Shown here: positions 16,626 to 24,441 of the stretch, piece after piece
How the letters are laid out: each line of letters begins with the position of its first letter
How positions within the stretch are numbered: the stretch's first letter is position 1
Source of the DNA: Armatimonadota bacterium
GTDB taxonomy: Bacteria; Armatimonadota; Zipacnadia; Zipacnadales; UBA5352
DNA: 24,441 bases
Reading direction: 5' to 3'
Assembly (NCBI GenBank): GCA_034722055.1
Contig: JAYENL010000191.1
Coordinates: forward strand, 1 to 24,441
The notes under the pieces: model-generated
What the model saw: only the letters and a program-made list of their open reading frames with translations
Told to the model about the DNA's origin: nothing
Database searches by the model: none
Program-made: the position numbers and the translations under genes

Positions 16626-19600
16626 ATGACGCGCCATGTGCCGGCAGCGCTCATCGCCATCCTGTCGCTGGGCTGCGCCGCCCTCGCCGCGGCGCAGCCG
16701 CCGTCGGAGCCCCACCCGCCGGATGCGCGCACGCTGCTGCTGGACCACTTCGACCAGCCCTTTGAGCCCGATGGCACGCGCATGACCTCGCCGGAGGTCA
16801 TTACCCCGGCGGGAGAGCACACCGGCGGACGGCCGATGCCCGGCGGCGAGTTCGTCGAGGGCAAGTTCGGCATGGCCTACCAGCTCCACGGCGAGACGGC
16901 CATCTACTACCCCGCCGAGGGCAACATCGACCTGGCGGCCGGCTCGCTGGAGTTCTGGGTGCGCATGGGCTATGAGCCGGTCCACCCCTCGGAGGTGGTC
17001 AGCGAGCGGCGCAACCAGCTCTTCTTCCACGTCGATCCGCCCGGCAAGGCGCACTTCAGCGTCTACTCCACGCTCAAGAACCTCTGCGTCGGCGTCTGGG
17101 ATCAGCGCCGCCAGCTTGTCGCCTATATGGGCACCTCCTCGCCATGGCATGAGGGCCAGTGGCATCACGTTGAGGTCCGCTGGGGACGGCAACTGGAGCT
17201 GTGGATGGACGGACAGCGCCGCGGCGTCAAGGACTGGGCGGGGCTCTTCGGACCGATGCGCTTCGACCTCTCCGAGACCCGGATGTACGTGGGCAGCCGG
17301 GTGGGCTACAGCGACGTGGTGAGCGAGTTCGCCATCGACGAGCTGCGCATCCTGGGGCCGGGCGGGGAGCAGGTCCCGCCCTATCCGCGCATCACCTGCC
17401 CTCGCGTCACGGCGCCGCCGAGCATCGACGGGGAGCTGTCCGAGGGTGAGTGGGATGGCGCCGGCGCCGCCACCGGCTTCGTGGGCCTCAACGAGAACCT
17501 GCTGGTGGAGGACCAGAGCACGGTCTTCGTGGCTCATAACCGCGAGGCGCTCTACGTGGCCTTCGAGTGCACCGACCCGCAGGGCCGGCCCATCGTGGCC
17601 ACCTTCACGGACCGGGATTCCGCGGTCTACCAGGAGGACGCCGTGGACATCTTCCTGCAGCCGGGCCCCGGCGACTATCCCTACTACCAGCTTGTTACCA
17701 ATGCCCTCGGCACCCGCTTCGACATGCGCCTGGTGGAGGAGAACGGTCGGCGCGCCAAGCAGCCGGACTTCGACCCTGACTGGACCGTCGTCACCAGCCG
17801 CGGCGAGGGCCACTGGGTGGCGGAGGCCCGCATCCCCTTTGCCAGCCTCGACGGCCGCCCTGCGCCCGAGAATGGGACCGTCTGGCGGGGGAACTTCTGC
17901 CGCGACGCCGACGCCGCCAGCCGCCTGTCATCGTGGGCCTTCACGGCCGGGAACTTCCACCGCATCTCCACCTTCGGAGAGCTGCTGTTCCGCGATGATG
18001 ACCGCGCCATGCGGCTGGGCGAGCTCTCCGGAGCACGGGAGGGCCGCCTCCGGGCCCGCCTGGACCTGACCGGCCGGGCCTTCGACCCGCCGGTGACCGT
18101 CTCCGCGCGGCTCATCGACGCCGGAGCGCAGACGGTGGCCGAGGCCGAGAAGGAGCTTGTGGACGTGAAGTCCTTCCTCTTCGAGCCACCATCGCTGGTC
18201 AGCGGCGACTACGTGCTGACCCTCTCCGCGCGCAGCCGGGAGGCCACGCTTCACTACCAGCGTCTGCCCTTCCAGGTCATGAAGCCCTACGACATTACCG
18301 TGGCGGGCTACCCCTACGAGGGCGAGCTGTGGGTGACCGCCAACGTCGGCGGCCTGGAGAGCCAGGAGGGGCTCACCGTTCGGGCCACGCTGACCGCCGG
18401 AGCCGAAGAGCTCGGCTCCTGCGAGATCACTTCCTGCGAGCGCGACCTCGGCAGGGGCGCCATCGACATGACGGAGCTGGAGCCCGGGGAGTACGAGGTG
18501 AAGTCCCAGGCGCTCAATGCCGACGGAGAGGTCCTGGCGGAGGCCGCCGCCAGCTACGAGCACTTCCCGCGGCCCGAGTGGTGGATGTCGGAGGCCGGCA
18601 GGGACCACACCGTTCCCGTGCCCTGGACGCCGGTCGAGGTGGACGCCGACGCCATTCGGATCTGGGGACGGGAGTTGCGCACGGGCGGTCGCATCCTGCC
18701 GGAGCAGATCGTCAACCAGGGCCAGGAGATACTCGCGGGGCCGGTGAGCCTCGTGGCGGCGATCTCAGGCCAGCGCGTGGATCTCGCGGACATGCGCGCC
18801 AGCCTCGTGGACTCGGCGCAGGACCGGGCCGTCCAGGAGGCCACGCAGACGCTGGGCGGCGCTACGGTGCGCTGCCGCGCCACCACAGAGTTCGATGGCA
18901 TGCAGCGCTTCGACCTCACCATCGAGCCGGGCGGGGCCGCGGCCGCGGGGAGAGGCGCGCAGGCGCCTCCCGGCCAGACGAGCACGGTGGAGAGCCTGCA
19001 GCTCACCATCCCCGTCCGTCGGGAGCACGTCCACTTCCTGCTCCCGTCCAACGGCCGCTTCGCGAAGGCCAGCGTCATGGGCGACGAGTCGTGGGCCAGC
19101 GGCTTCATCCCGCAGGTCTGGGTGGGCAGCGATGAGCTGGGCCTGGCGTGGTTCGCCGAGAGCGATCAGCACTGGTCGCCCAAGGACGATGAGACGATGG
19201 TAGAGGTCGTCCCTGAGGGCGACACGGTCAGCATCCGCGCCAACATCATCCGCGATGCCCTTGTCATCCAGGAGCCGATCACCATCACCTTCGGGCTGAT
19301 GGCCACGCCGGTGAAGGCCGTCCCCTCCGGCGACCCCTTCTACTACCGCTTCGGTGGGCCCACCAATGCTGTCGAGCTTTACGACACAGAGAAGAGCCGC
19401 ATCGTCCACGTGGAGCGCCTGAGCTACCCCGGAGAGGGCAACATCGACCCGCGCCAGGGCACGGTGGAGTTCTGGATGTCCACCGCGGGCCTGGCCGGCA
19501 GCTCAATCCGCGATGTCCTGACAGTCAGCGGTGACGGCGGGGCCATGCACATGCAGTATCACGACAGCGTCGGGAGGTTCCTCGTGACCGCGTCGGGGGC

Positions 19601-21242
19601 AGATGGCCCGCTCATCGATGTCTCGGGCTTCGACCTGCCTGAGGACGAGTTCATCCACGTCGCGCTGACCTGGGACACCACCGCGGTGGCACTCTACGTG
19701 GACGGCACGCTGATCGACGCAAACGGCGGGCCGATGCCGGCAGCCGAGACTATGGCGGCCGCGCCGGAGAACTTGAAGCTCATCTTCGGCTGCCACCACT
19801 CCTACCGCGGCTACACGTGGTTCGATCTCGACGAGGTGCGCGTCTCGGACACCATGCGCTACCGCGGCCAGCAGGTCGAGGTCCCTGGCGGGCCCTTCAC
19901 CGCCGACGAGCACACACTGCTGCTGGACCACCTCAACGATCGCTTCCGGCCGGACGGCCAGGATGGCGAGACGCGGGCCGCGGTCATCTCAGGGCGCTCG
20001 GGAGAGCTTGGCGGCGTGCCCTCCATCGGCTGCGAGTTCGTGGACGGCGCCTTCGGCAGCGCCCTGCGCATCGGGGTGCAGCCGCCGCGCTGGTGCGGCG
20101 AGGTCCTGCAACAGTGGGGAGTCGACGCCTACAACCTGTGGAGCTGGCTGCCGGGGGAGCAGGCGGATGATCTGGGCTGGCCGCTGCCGCTGTTCACGCA
20201 GCCGCAGGGATGGGACCTGCCGCGCATGAATGAGGCCTTCGACGCCGCTGGCGTGCGCACATCCACCTACATGGGCTACATGGGGATCGGCGCGCCGACG
20301 CGCTGGAGCCGCCAGTTCGGCAATGAGTGGCGGCGGGAGCCGGTCTCCACGCAGCCGAATGAGCCGCCGAAGGGCCACGTCTTCCTGGACTGCTGCGGCA
20401 ACGCCCGCGGCTACCGCGACTACCTCGCCGCCGGCGCGCAGTGGCTGCTCCAGCAGCAGGGCTTCGACGGCTGCTACACCGACGGCAATGCGCACGTCTA
20501 CCCCTGCCGCAACACCCATCACGGCTGCGGCTATTACGACCGTGAGGGGACGCTCCGGCCCACGTACCCGGTGTTCGGCACGCGAGAGTACCTCAAGCGC
20601 ATGTACAGGGTCATCCACGCCAACAACCCGCGCGGCTACCTGGTCAACCACGTCTCCTACAACATCTTCATCCCCACGATGTCCTTCACCGACGTCTACT
20701 ACACCGGCGAGCACGAGTACTACGAGGACCTCGTAAAGTGCCGAGTGCGCTGGCAGGGGACGCAGTGGGGCATCTGGCCCATCCTGCTCGGCGCGGACTC
20801 GCACACCTACGAGCCCATGTACTACACCTACGGGTTGCTGCATGGCGTCTCTGTGTGGCCGCAGGGCCCCACGGGGCGCAACGACATGCAGCGCAAGACC
20901 GTCAACCTCTGGAGGGCCTACGATGACTTCGGCTACCGTCAGGCCGAGTGGATCCCCTGGTATGAGGCCGAAGAGCGGGGCCTGGCGCTACCTGACGACG
21001 ATCAGGTGAAGACCTCCCTCTACCTGCACGAGGGCCGGGAGGCCATGCTGATCGTCGGAAACCTGCGCCACGAGGTCGTGGAGACGCAGGTGCGCCTGGA
21101 TGCTGCAGCCATGGGCCTGGGCGGCGAGGAGCTGCAGGCCTGGAACGCTCTCACCGGCCGCGACCTGCCGACAGCCGAGGGCGCCGTGAGCGTCCGCCTC
21201 AGGCCCACCAGCTTCGTGCTGGTGCGGGTCGCCGCGCGGTGA
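16626..21242 (+). CDS. Multidomain glycoside-hydrolase-like protein: LamG + CBM9-like + Ig + DUF6067/GH123-like region with an inserted second LamG, secreted
   Basis: RBS GGGAGGAG (16613-16620), ATG 16626, signal peptide. LamG (GSLEFW..WHHV...DELRI). CBM9-like (PSIDGELSEGEW, ALYVAF.C.D, D.VDIF, W.AE.RIPF..L, WRGNF.R). VPVPWTPV, EFDG, FGLMATPVK, DGCYTDG, HGCGY, REYLKRMY and GE are typical of DUF6067-type barrels. Confidence 0.8.
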   Translation: MTRHVPAALIAILSLGCAALAAAQPPSEPHPPDARTLLLDHFDQPFEPDGTRMTSPEVITPAGEHTGGRPMPGGEFVEGKFGMAYQLHGETAIYYPAEGNIDLAAGSLEFWVRMGYEPVHPSEVVSERRNQLFFHVDPPGKAHFSVYSTLKNLCVGVWDQRRQLVAYMGTSSPWHEGQWHHVEVRWGRQLELWMDGQRRGVKDWAGLFGPMRFDLSETRMYVGSRVGYSDVVSEFAIDELRILGPGGEQVPPYPRITCPRVTAPPSIDGELSEGEWDGAGAATGFVGLNENLLVEDQSTVFVAHNREALYVAFECTDPQGRPIVATFTDRDSAVYQEDAVDIFLQPGPGDYPYYQLVTNALGTRFDMRLVEENGRRAKQPDFDPDWTVVTSRGEGHWVAEARIPFASLDGRPAPENGTVWRGNFCRDADAASRLSSWAFTAGNFHRISTFGELLFRDDDRAMRLGELSGAREGRLRARLDLTGRAFDPPVTVSARLIDAGAQTVAEAEKELVDVKSFLFEPPSLVSGDYVLTLSARSREATLHYQRLPFQVMKPYDITVAGYPYEGELWVTANVGGLESQEGLTVRATLTAGAEELGSCEITSCERDLGRGAIDMTELEPGEYEVKSQALNADGEVLAEAAASYEHFPRPEWWMSEAGRDHTVPVPWTPVEVDADAIRIWGRELRTGGRILPEQIVNQGQEILAGPVSLVAAISGQRVDLADMRASLVDSAQDRAVQEATQTLGGATVRCRATTEFDGMQRFDLTIEPGGAAAAGRGAQAPPGQTSTVESLQLTIPVRREHVHFLLPSNGRFAKASVMGDESWASGFIPQVWVGSDELGLAWFAESDQHWSPKDDETMVEVVPEGDTVSIRANIIRDALVIQEPITITFGLMATPVKAVPSGDPFYYRFGGPTNAVELYDTEKSRIVHVERLSYPGEGNIDPRQGTVEFWMSTAGLAGSSIRDVLTVSGDGGAMHMQYHDSVGRFLVTASGADGPLIDVSGFDLPEDEFIHVALTWDTTAVALYVDGTLIDANGGPMPAAETMAAAPENLKLIFGCHHSYRGYTWFDLDEVRVSDTMRYRGQQVEVPGGPFTADEHTLLLDHLNDRFRPDGQDGETRAAVISGRSGELGGVPSIGCEFVDGAFGSALRIGVQPPRWCGEVLQQWGVDAYNLWSWLPGEQADDLGWPLPLFTQPQGWDLPRMNEAFDAAGVRTSTYMGYMGIGAPTRWSRQFGNEWRREPVSTQPNEPPKGHVFLDCCGNARGYRDYLAAGAQWLLQQQGFDGCYTDGNAHVYPCRNTHHGCGYYDREGTLRPTYPVFGTREYLKRMYRVIHANNPRGYLVNHVSYNIFIPTMSFTDVYYTGEHEYYEDLVKCRVRWQGTQWGIWPILLGADSHTYEPMYYTYGLLHGVSVWPQGPTGRNDMQRKTVNLWRAYDDFGYRQAEWIPWYEAEERGLALPDDDQVKTSLYLHEGREAMLIVGNLRHEVVETQVRLDAAAMGLGGEELQAWNALTGRDLPTAEGAVSVRLRPTSFVLVRVAAR

Positions 21243-21257
21243 GCCCTGAGGCGCCTA

Positions 21258-23126
21258 TCACTGCAGGGGCAGCCGGCAGCGCCACAGCTCCGCCCCGGAG
21301 CCGTAGTAGAGCACTCCGTCGTCGGTGATCATGAACCCATGCGCCTCGGCGATGGACTCATGGCGGCCCAGGACGCGCGTCGAATGGTCCGCGGGATCGA
21401 TGGCGAAGACCGCGTCATCCGCCAGCCCGATGATCAGCCCGTCCGGCCCCACGAGCCCACCGTGCAGGGACGGGAAGTGAGGCCGCTCGCCCGGCAGCTC
21501 CCCGACATGGACCGTCTCCCTCTTCACGGGATCGTATCCGAAGAGCTGCCTGCCCGCGTCGCCGTAGGAGATGCCGTAGACGATGCCGGTGCGCGCCCGG
21601 ACCGGCGCGCTGTAGGAGCGCGCGCCCTCCACTGGCTCATCGATGTGCGCGACCCGTTCCCCGTCGCAGTCCCACAGGAAGATGTGCCCGACCGGCTCAG
21701 TGGGGATGGAGCTGCTGCCCCCGTAGTTGGAGGTGGCGCAGAGCAGCTCGCCGGTCTCAGGCACCGGGGCGCAGCCCATCACGCTCTGCTCGCCGATGGG
21801 ATTGATCCACCACGTGGCCTCCAATGGGTCGAGCGTGACGCGGCACAGACCCCCGCCCACGTGGCCCTTGATGGGGCGCGTCCCGATGTACCAGTTCCCG
21901 TCCGGGCCCTGCGTCCACTGGATGGGCCGCTCCTGGTGATGCCCGCGTTCGAGCGCCTGGTTGTCCTCCTCCCCCTCCGGTGCCAGCGGGTTCCAGAGGT
22001 TGAGATGTGCGCCGGTGTAGCTGCTCAGCAGCAGCCCCTCGGGGGTGCCGATGATGTCGTAGATCTGAATGCGCCCGCCGCTCTGCCGCCCGTGGTCCTC
22101 CGTCTCGCCGGTCTCGGGGTCCACCGAGAACACGCGCGCCGGAAAGCCGGTGCCTCCCCAGACCCGCCCCTGCCACTGGGTGCAGACGGAGTAGATCATC
22201 ACCGGCCGGCCCCGGTACTGCGTCTGCACTGTCCGCGTCTCCCCTGTCTCAGCGTGCGTGAGGGTGAGGGCGCCCTCCGTGTCGATCCCCCCGACCAGCC
22301 ACTCGCCCGCCTGCGGCCGGCCGCCACGCGCATCCGCGATCTCACAGTCGGTCACGATGCCCGTGGGCGTGCAGCGATAGCGCGTGCCGCCGGACCTGCC
22401 GTAGACCTCCCCGTCCGTGCCCGTCCACAGCCTCGGCGAGTGCGGCAGCTCCATCAGCTCCTCCGGCAGAATCTGCGTGGCCTCGCCGGTCGCGGGATCG
22501 TAGGCGTACAGCTCCTGATGGTGCAGGCCCACCGGGCAGTAGACGATGTTGTCATCGCTGACCGCCACCGAGGCCCACAGGTAGCGATTCCGCTCGTCAT
22601 CGGTCATGCGCCCGGCGGTGCCGATCTCGCCGGTGTTGGTGTCCACCCACACCAGCGCGGCGCGAGGGTAGGTCCCCACGTAGAACCGCCCGTCCGGCGC
22701 CTTGGCGCCCTGTGCGAAGTAGTGGGCGTTCTCGGCCGGTGCCCCCAGGTCGGTGACCTCCAGCGTCGCAGGGTCGATGCGCACGAAGTGCGCGGCCGGC
22801 CTCCCGCAGTAGGCGTAGATGTCCCCTTCCGGCCCCACGGTCGCCGTCACGTGGCTGCTGCCCCACTGCGAGAGGTCCAGCGTGAAGTACTCCCCGCTGT
22901 CGAGGCGCACACCCAGCAGGCCCATGAAGTCGGGCGTCTCATGGCGATCCCAGGCCACGTAGTGGCCGTCCGGATGCTCGGTGACGAAGCTGATGCCATG
23001 GCCGGTCTCCATGACCGGCACGCCCAGGCTCTCGAACTCCAGGTCCTGGGCTCTCGACCACCCGCCCGTCACGGCCATGAGCAGCACTGCAGCAATCGCG
23101 ACGCTCGCGCTCCGCATCGTCATCAT
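21258..23126 (-). CDS. Secreted beta-propeller repeat protein (PQQ/WD40-like, probably two propellers), function unknown
   Basis: Signal peptide. Repeated blades such as DG.FY.GTYP, YDPATGE, VDPETGETED.G, DGNWYIGT and DDGVLYYG. Purine-rich RBS upstream. Tandem stop TGA-TAG. Converges on the previous gene with a 15-bp gap. Confidence 0.75.
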   Translation of the reverse strand: MMTMRSASVAIAAVLLMAVTGGWSRAQDLEFESLGVPVMETGHGISFVTEHPDGHYVAWDRHETPDFMGLLGVRLDSGEYFTLDLSQWGSSHVTATVGPEGDIYAYCGRPAAHFVRIDPATLEVTDLGAPAENAHYFAQGAKAPDGRFYVGTYPRAALVWVDTNTGEIGTAGRMTDDERNRYLWASVAVSDDNIVYCPVGLHHQELYAYDPATGEATQILPEELMELPHSPRLWTGTDGEVYGRSGGTRYRCTPTGIVTDCEIADARGGRPQAGEWLVGGIDTEGALTLTHAETGETRTVQTQYRGRPVMIYSVCTQWQGRVWGGTGFPARVFSVDPETGETEDHGRQSGGRIQIYDIIGTPEGLLLSSYTGAHLNLWNPLAPEGEEDNQALERGHHQERPIQWTQGPDGNWYIGTRPIKGHVGGGLCRVTLDPLEATWWINPIGEQSVMGCAPVPETGELLCATSNYGGSSSIPTEPVGHIFLWDCDGERVAHIDEPVEGARSYSAPVRARTGIVYGISYGDAGRQLFGYDPVKRETVHVGELPGERPHFPSLHGGLVGPDGLIIGLADDAVFAIDPADHSTRVLGRHESIAEAHGFMITDDGVLYYGSGAELWRCRLPLQ

Positions 23127-23156
23127 CTCCGCTTTCCTCTTCTGCCTTCCCTCTCG

Positions 23157-23238
23157 GACGAGCGCGCCCTCGCCCGCGCGCTCGTCGGCATGTCGGAGCG
23201 GGCCTTCGGCCCGCAGGCGCGCGGGGGACGCCTCCCAG
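23157..23238. repeat. REP-like hairpin cluster related to 2663-2705
   Basis: Stem GACGAGCGCG/CGCGCTCGTC (23157-23186) and GCGGGCC-TTC-GGCCCGC (23198-23214). The 15-mer GCGCCCTCGCCCGCG (23164-23178) equals the reverse complement of 2681-2695. Ends in TCCCA (TGGGA on the minus strand). Confidence 0.6.
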
Positions 23239-23287
23239 ATGAATGATCGTGGTCTCCGGGGCCCCCGGGCAGCCGTTCGACGGGCCG

Positions 23288-24441
23288 CTACGGCGCGGTG
23301 ACCTCCAGCGTCTCGCCCGCCTCGGTCGTGACCGTCATGCTTGCGTCCGCTTGCACCCGCACCTCGAACTGCGGCATTCCGTAGAAGGCCGCAAGCGCGG
23401 GTGGGACGTGGGCAGAGGAGCGGATGACCACCTCGTCACCGTCCACCCGGGTCGCGACGCTCACATCACCAGGGGCCACCGATGGCCCCACCTTGGCCGT
23501 CGCGACGCTCACGTCGCCTGTGCGCAGCGGCTGCCAGTGGAGCTGCAAGTGCGGGATCGGCTCCTCCTCGACCGATGCGCTGAGGTAGTCGTCCACGGAG
23601 GCCACAACGCCATTAATCCGCAGCGCCCTCGTGCTCTCACCGGACTGCAGCTTGTCGGCGAGGGGCCCGGGCGCCAGCCGCCAGGGGCGGCCGTCCCGCC
23701 ATGCCACCAGCGGGCCGGGGAGATGATCCGCCTGGCCCTCAAGCCCCTCGGAGGACTGCGCAGCGACCACGGAGACGCAACTGTGACCGTTGGTGATCAC
23801 GACGAACGAGACCCGCATTGTCTCGTCCACGTACGGAGCTCTCAGGACGTGGAGCGGGCCGATCCTGTCAGAAGTCCACTCCAGCAGCCCGCTCTCATAC
23901 GTCAGTGGCCGGGGCAGCACGAAGAACACGTCGCCGACGGTCACCGCCAGCGGCATATTGCCCGGCAGCGCCACCCGGACAGCACCGTGCACCAGCGCCG
24001 CGGCCCTCTCGCCCTCCAGCAGCACCCTGCCGGCGTCCTGCGGCAGCGCCTCGGCGAGCTCCTGCAGCTCCTCCTCGCTCAATGGGGCGTCAGCGGGCAG
24101 GTCCTCTGGTCCATGCAGCAGCGCCTGGTCCCACGCCAGCCCACGCGAATCGACGTTCGTCAGCGTGAGCGTATGCACCCCCGCCCCCAGCGGGATACGG
24201 GCCCTGCCGCCGTCCGGGCCGGCGACGGTCATGGCGCTGAAGTCCGCCCAGCTTCCCGTCCCCGGCAGCAGCACGTCCTCGAGGCCCGGAACCACCTCGT
24301 CGTCGATACTGATGCGCCGGCGCGTGTCGGGCCAGGTGCAGGCGTAGCGGAGCGTCAGGCAGTACTCGCCGGCCTCCGCGACCTCGAACCGGCAGGTCAC
24401 CGCCACGCCGGGCTCCTCCCAGTAGCTCACGCACCGGCCGC
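23288..24441 (-). CDS. Protein with a CBM6/CBM35-like domain and an unknown C-terminal region (5'-partial)
   Basis: FEVAEAGEYCLTLRYA...R.ISID....L.GTGSW.DF...L.AG.HTLTL.N....L.WD is a CBM6/35 pattern. The frame stays open beyond 24430 to the window end. Confidence 0.7.
   Translation of the reverse strand, partial: GRCVSYWEEPGVAVTCRFEVAEAGEYCLTLRYACTWPDTRRRISIDDEVVPGLEDVLLPGTGSWADFSAMTVAGPDGGRARIPLGAGVHTLTLTNVDSRGLAWDQALLHGPEDLPADAPLSEEELQELAEALPQDAGRVLLEGERAAALVHGAVRVALPGNMPLAVTVGDVFFVLPRPLTYESGLLEWTSDRIGPLHVLRAPYVDETMRVSFVVITNGHSCVSVVAAQSSEGLEGQADHLPGPLVAWRDGRPWRLAPGPLADKLQSGESTRALRINGVVASVDDYLSASVEEEPIPHLQLHWQPLRTGDVSVATAKVGPSVAPGDVSVATRVDGDEVVIRSSAHVPPALAAFYGMPQFEVRVQADASMTVTTEAGETLEVTAP

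Overview
High-GC bacterial chromosomal window with nine real genes. Eight encode large, mostly signal-peptide-bearing carbohydrate-active-like proteins: a GH20-type hexosaminidase (probably 5'-partial), a DUF5060/DUF4038 GH140-like protein, two tandem heparinase II/III-family lyases, a BNR_4 propeller protein, a LamG/CBM9/DUF6067-like giant, a beta-propeller protein and a 5'-partial CBM6/35 protein. The ninth is a CstA transporter. The gene content resembles Armatimonadota/PVC-type glycan degraders (inference only). The non-coding DNA is the most informative part. The 600-bp gap between the first two convergent genes holds a 28-bp XerCD dif-like site (2588-2615), REP-like hairpins and a mosaic 35-bp tandem array that appears to be an amplified REP. 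A second ~80-nt multi-hairpin repeat family occurs three times, twice as an inverted pair. One gene carries two LamG-like domains that are circular permutations of each other. No integrase, transposase, cas gene, rRNA or true tRNA was found. All family assignments come from motif recognition by eye, not database searches.
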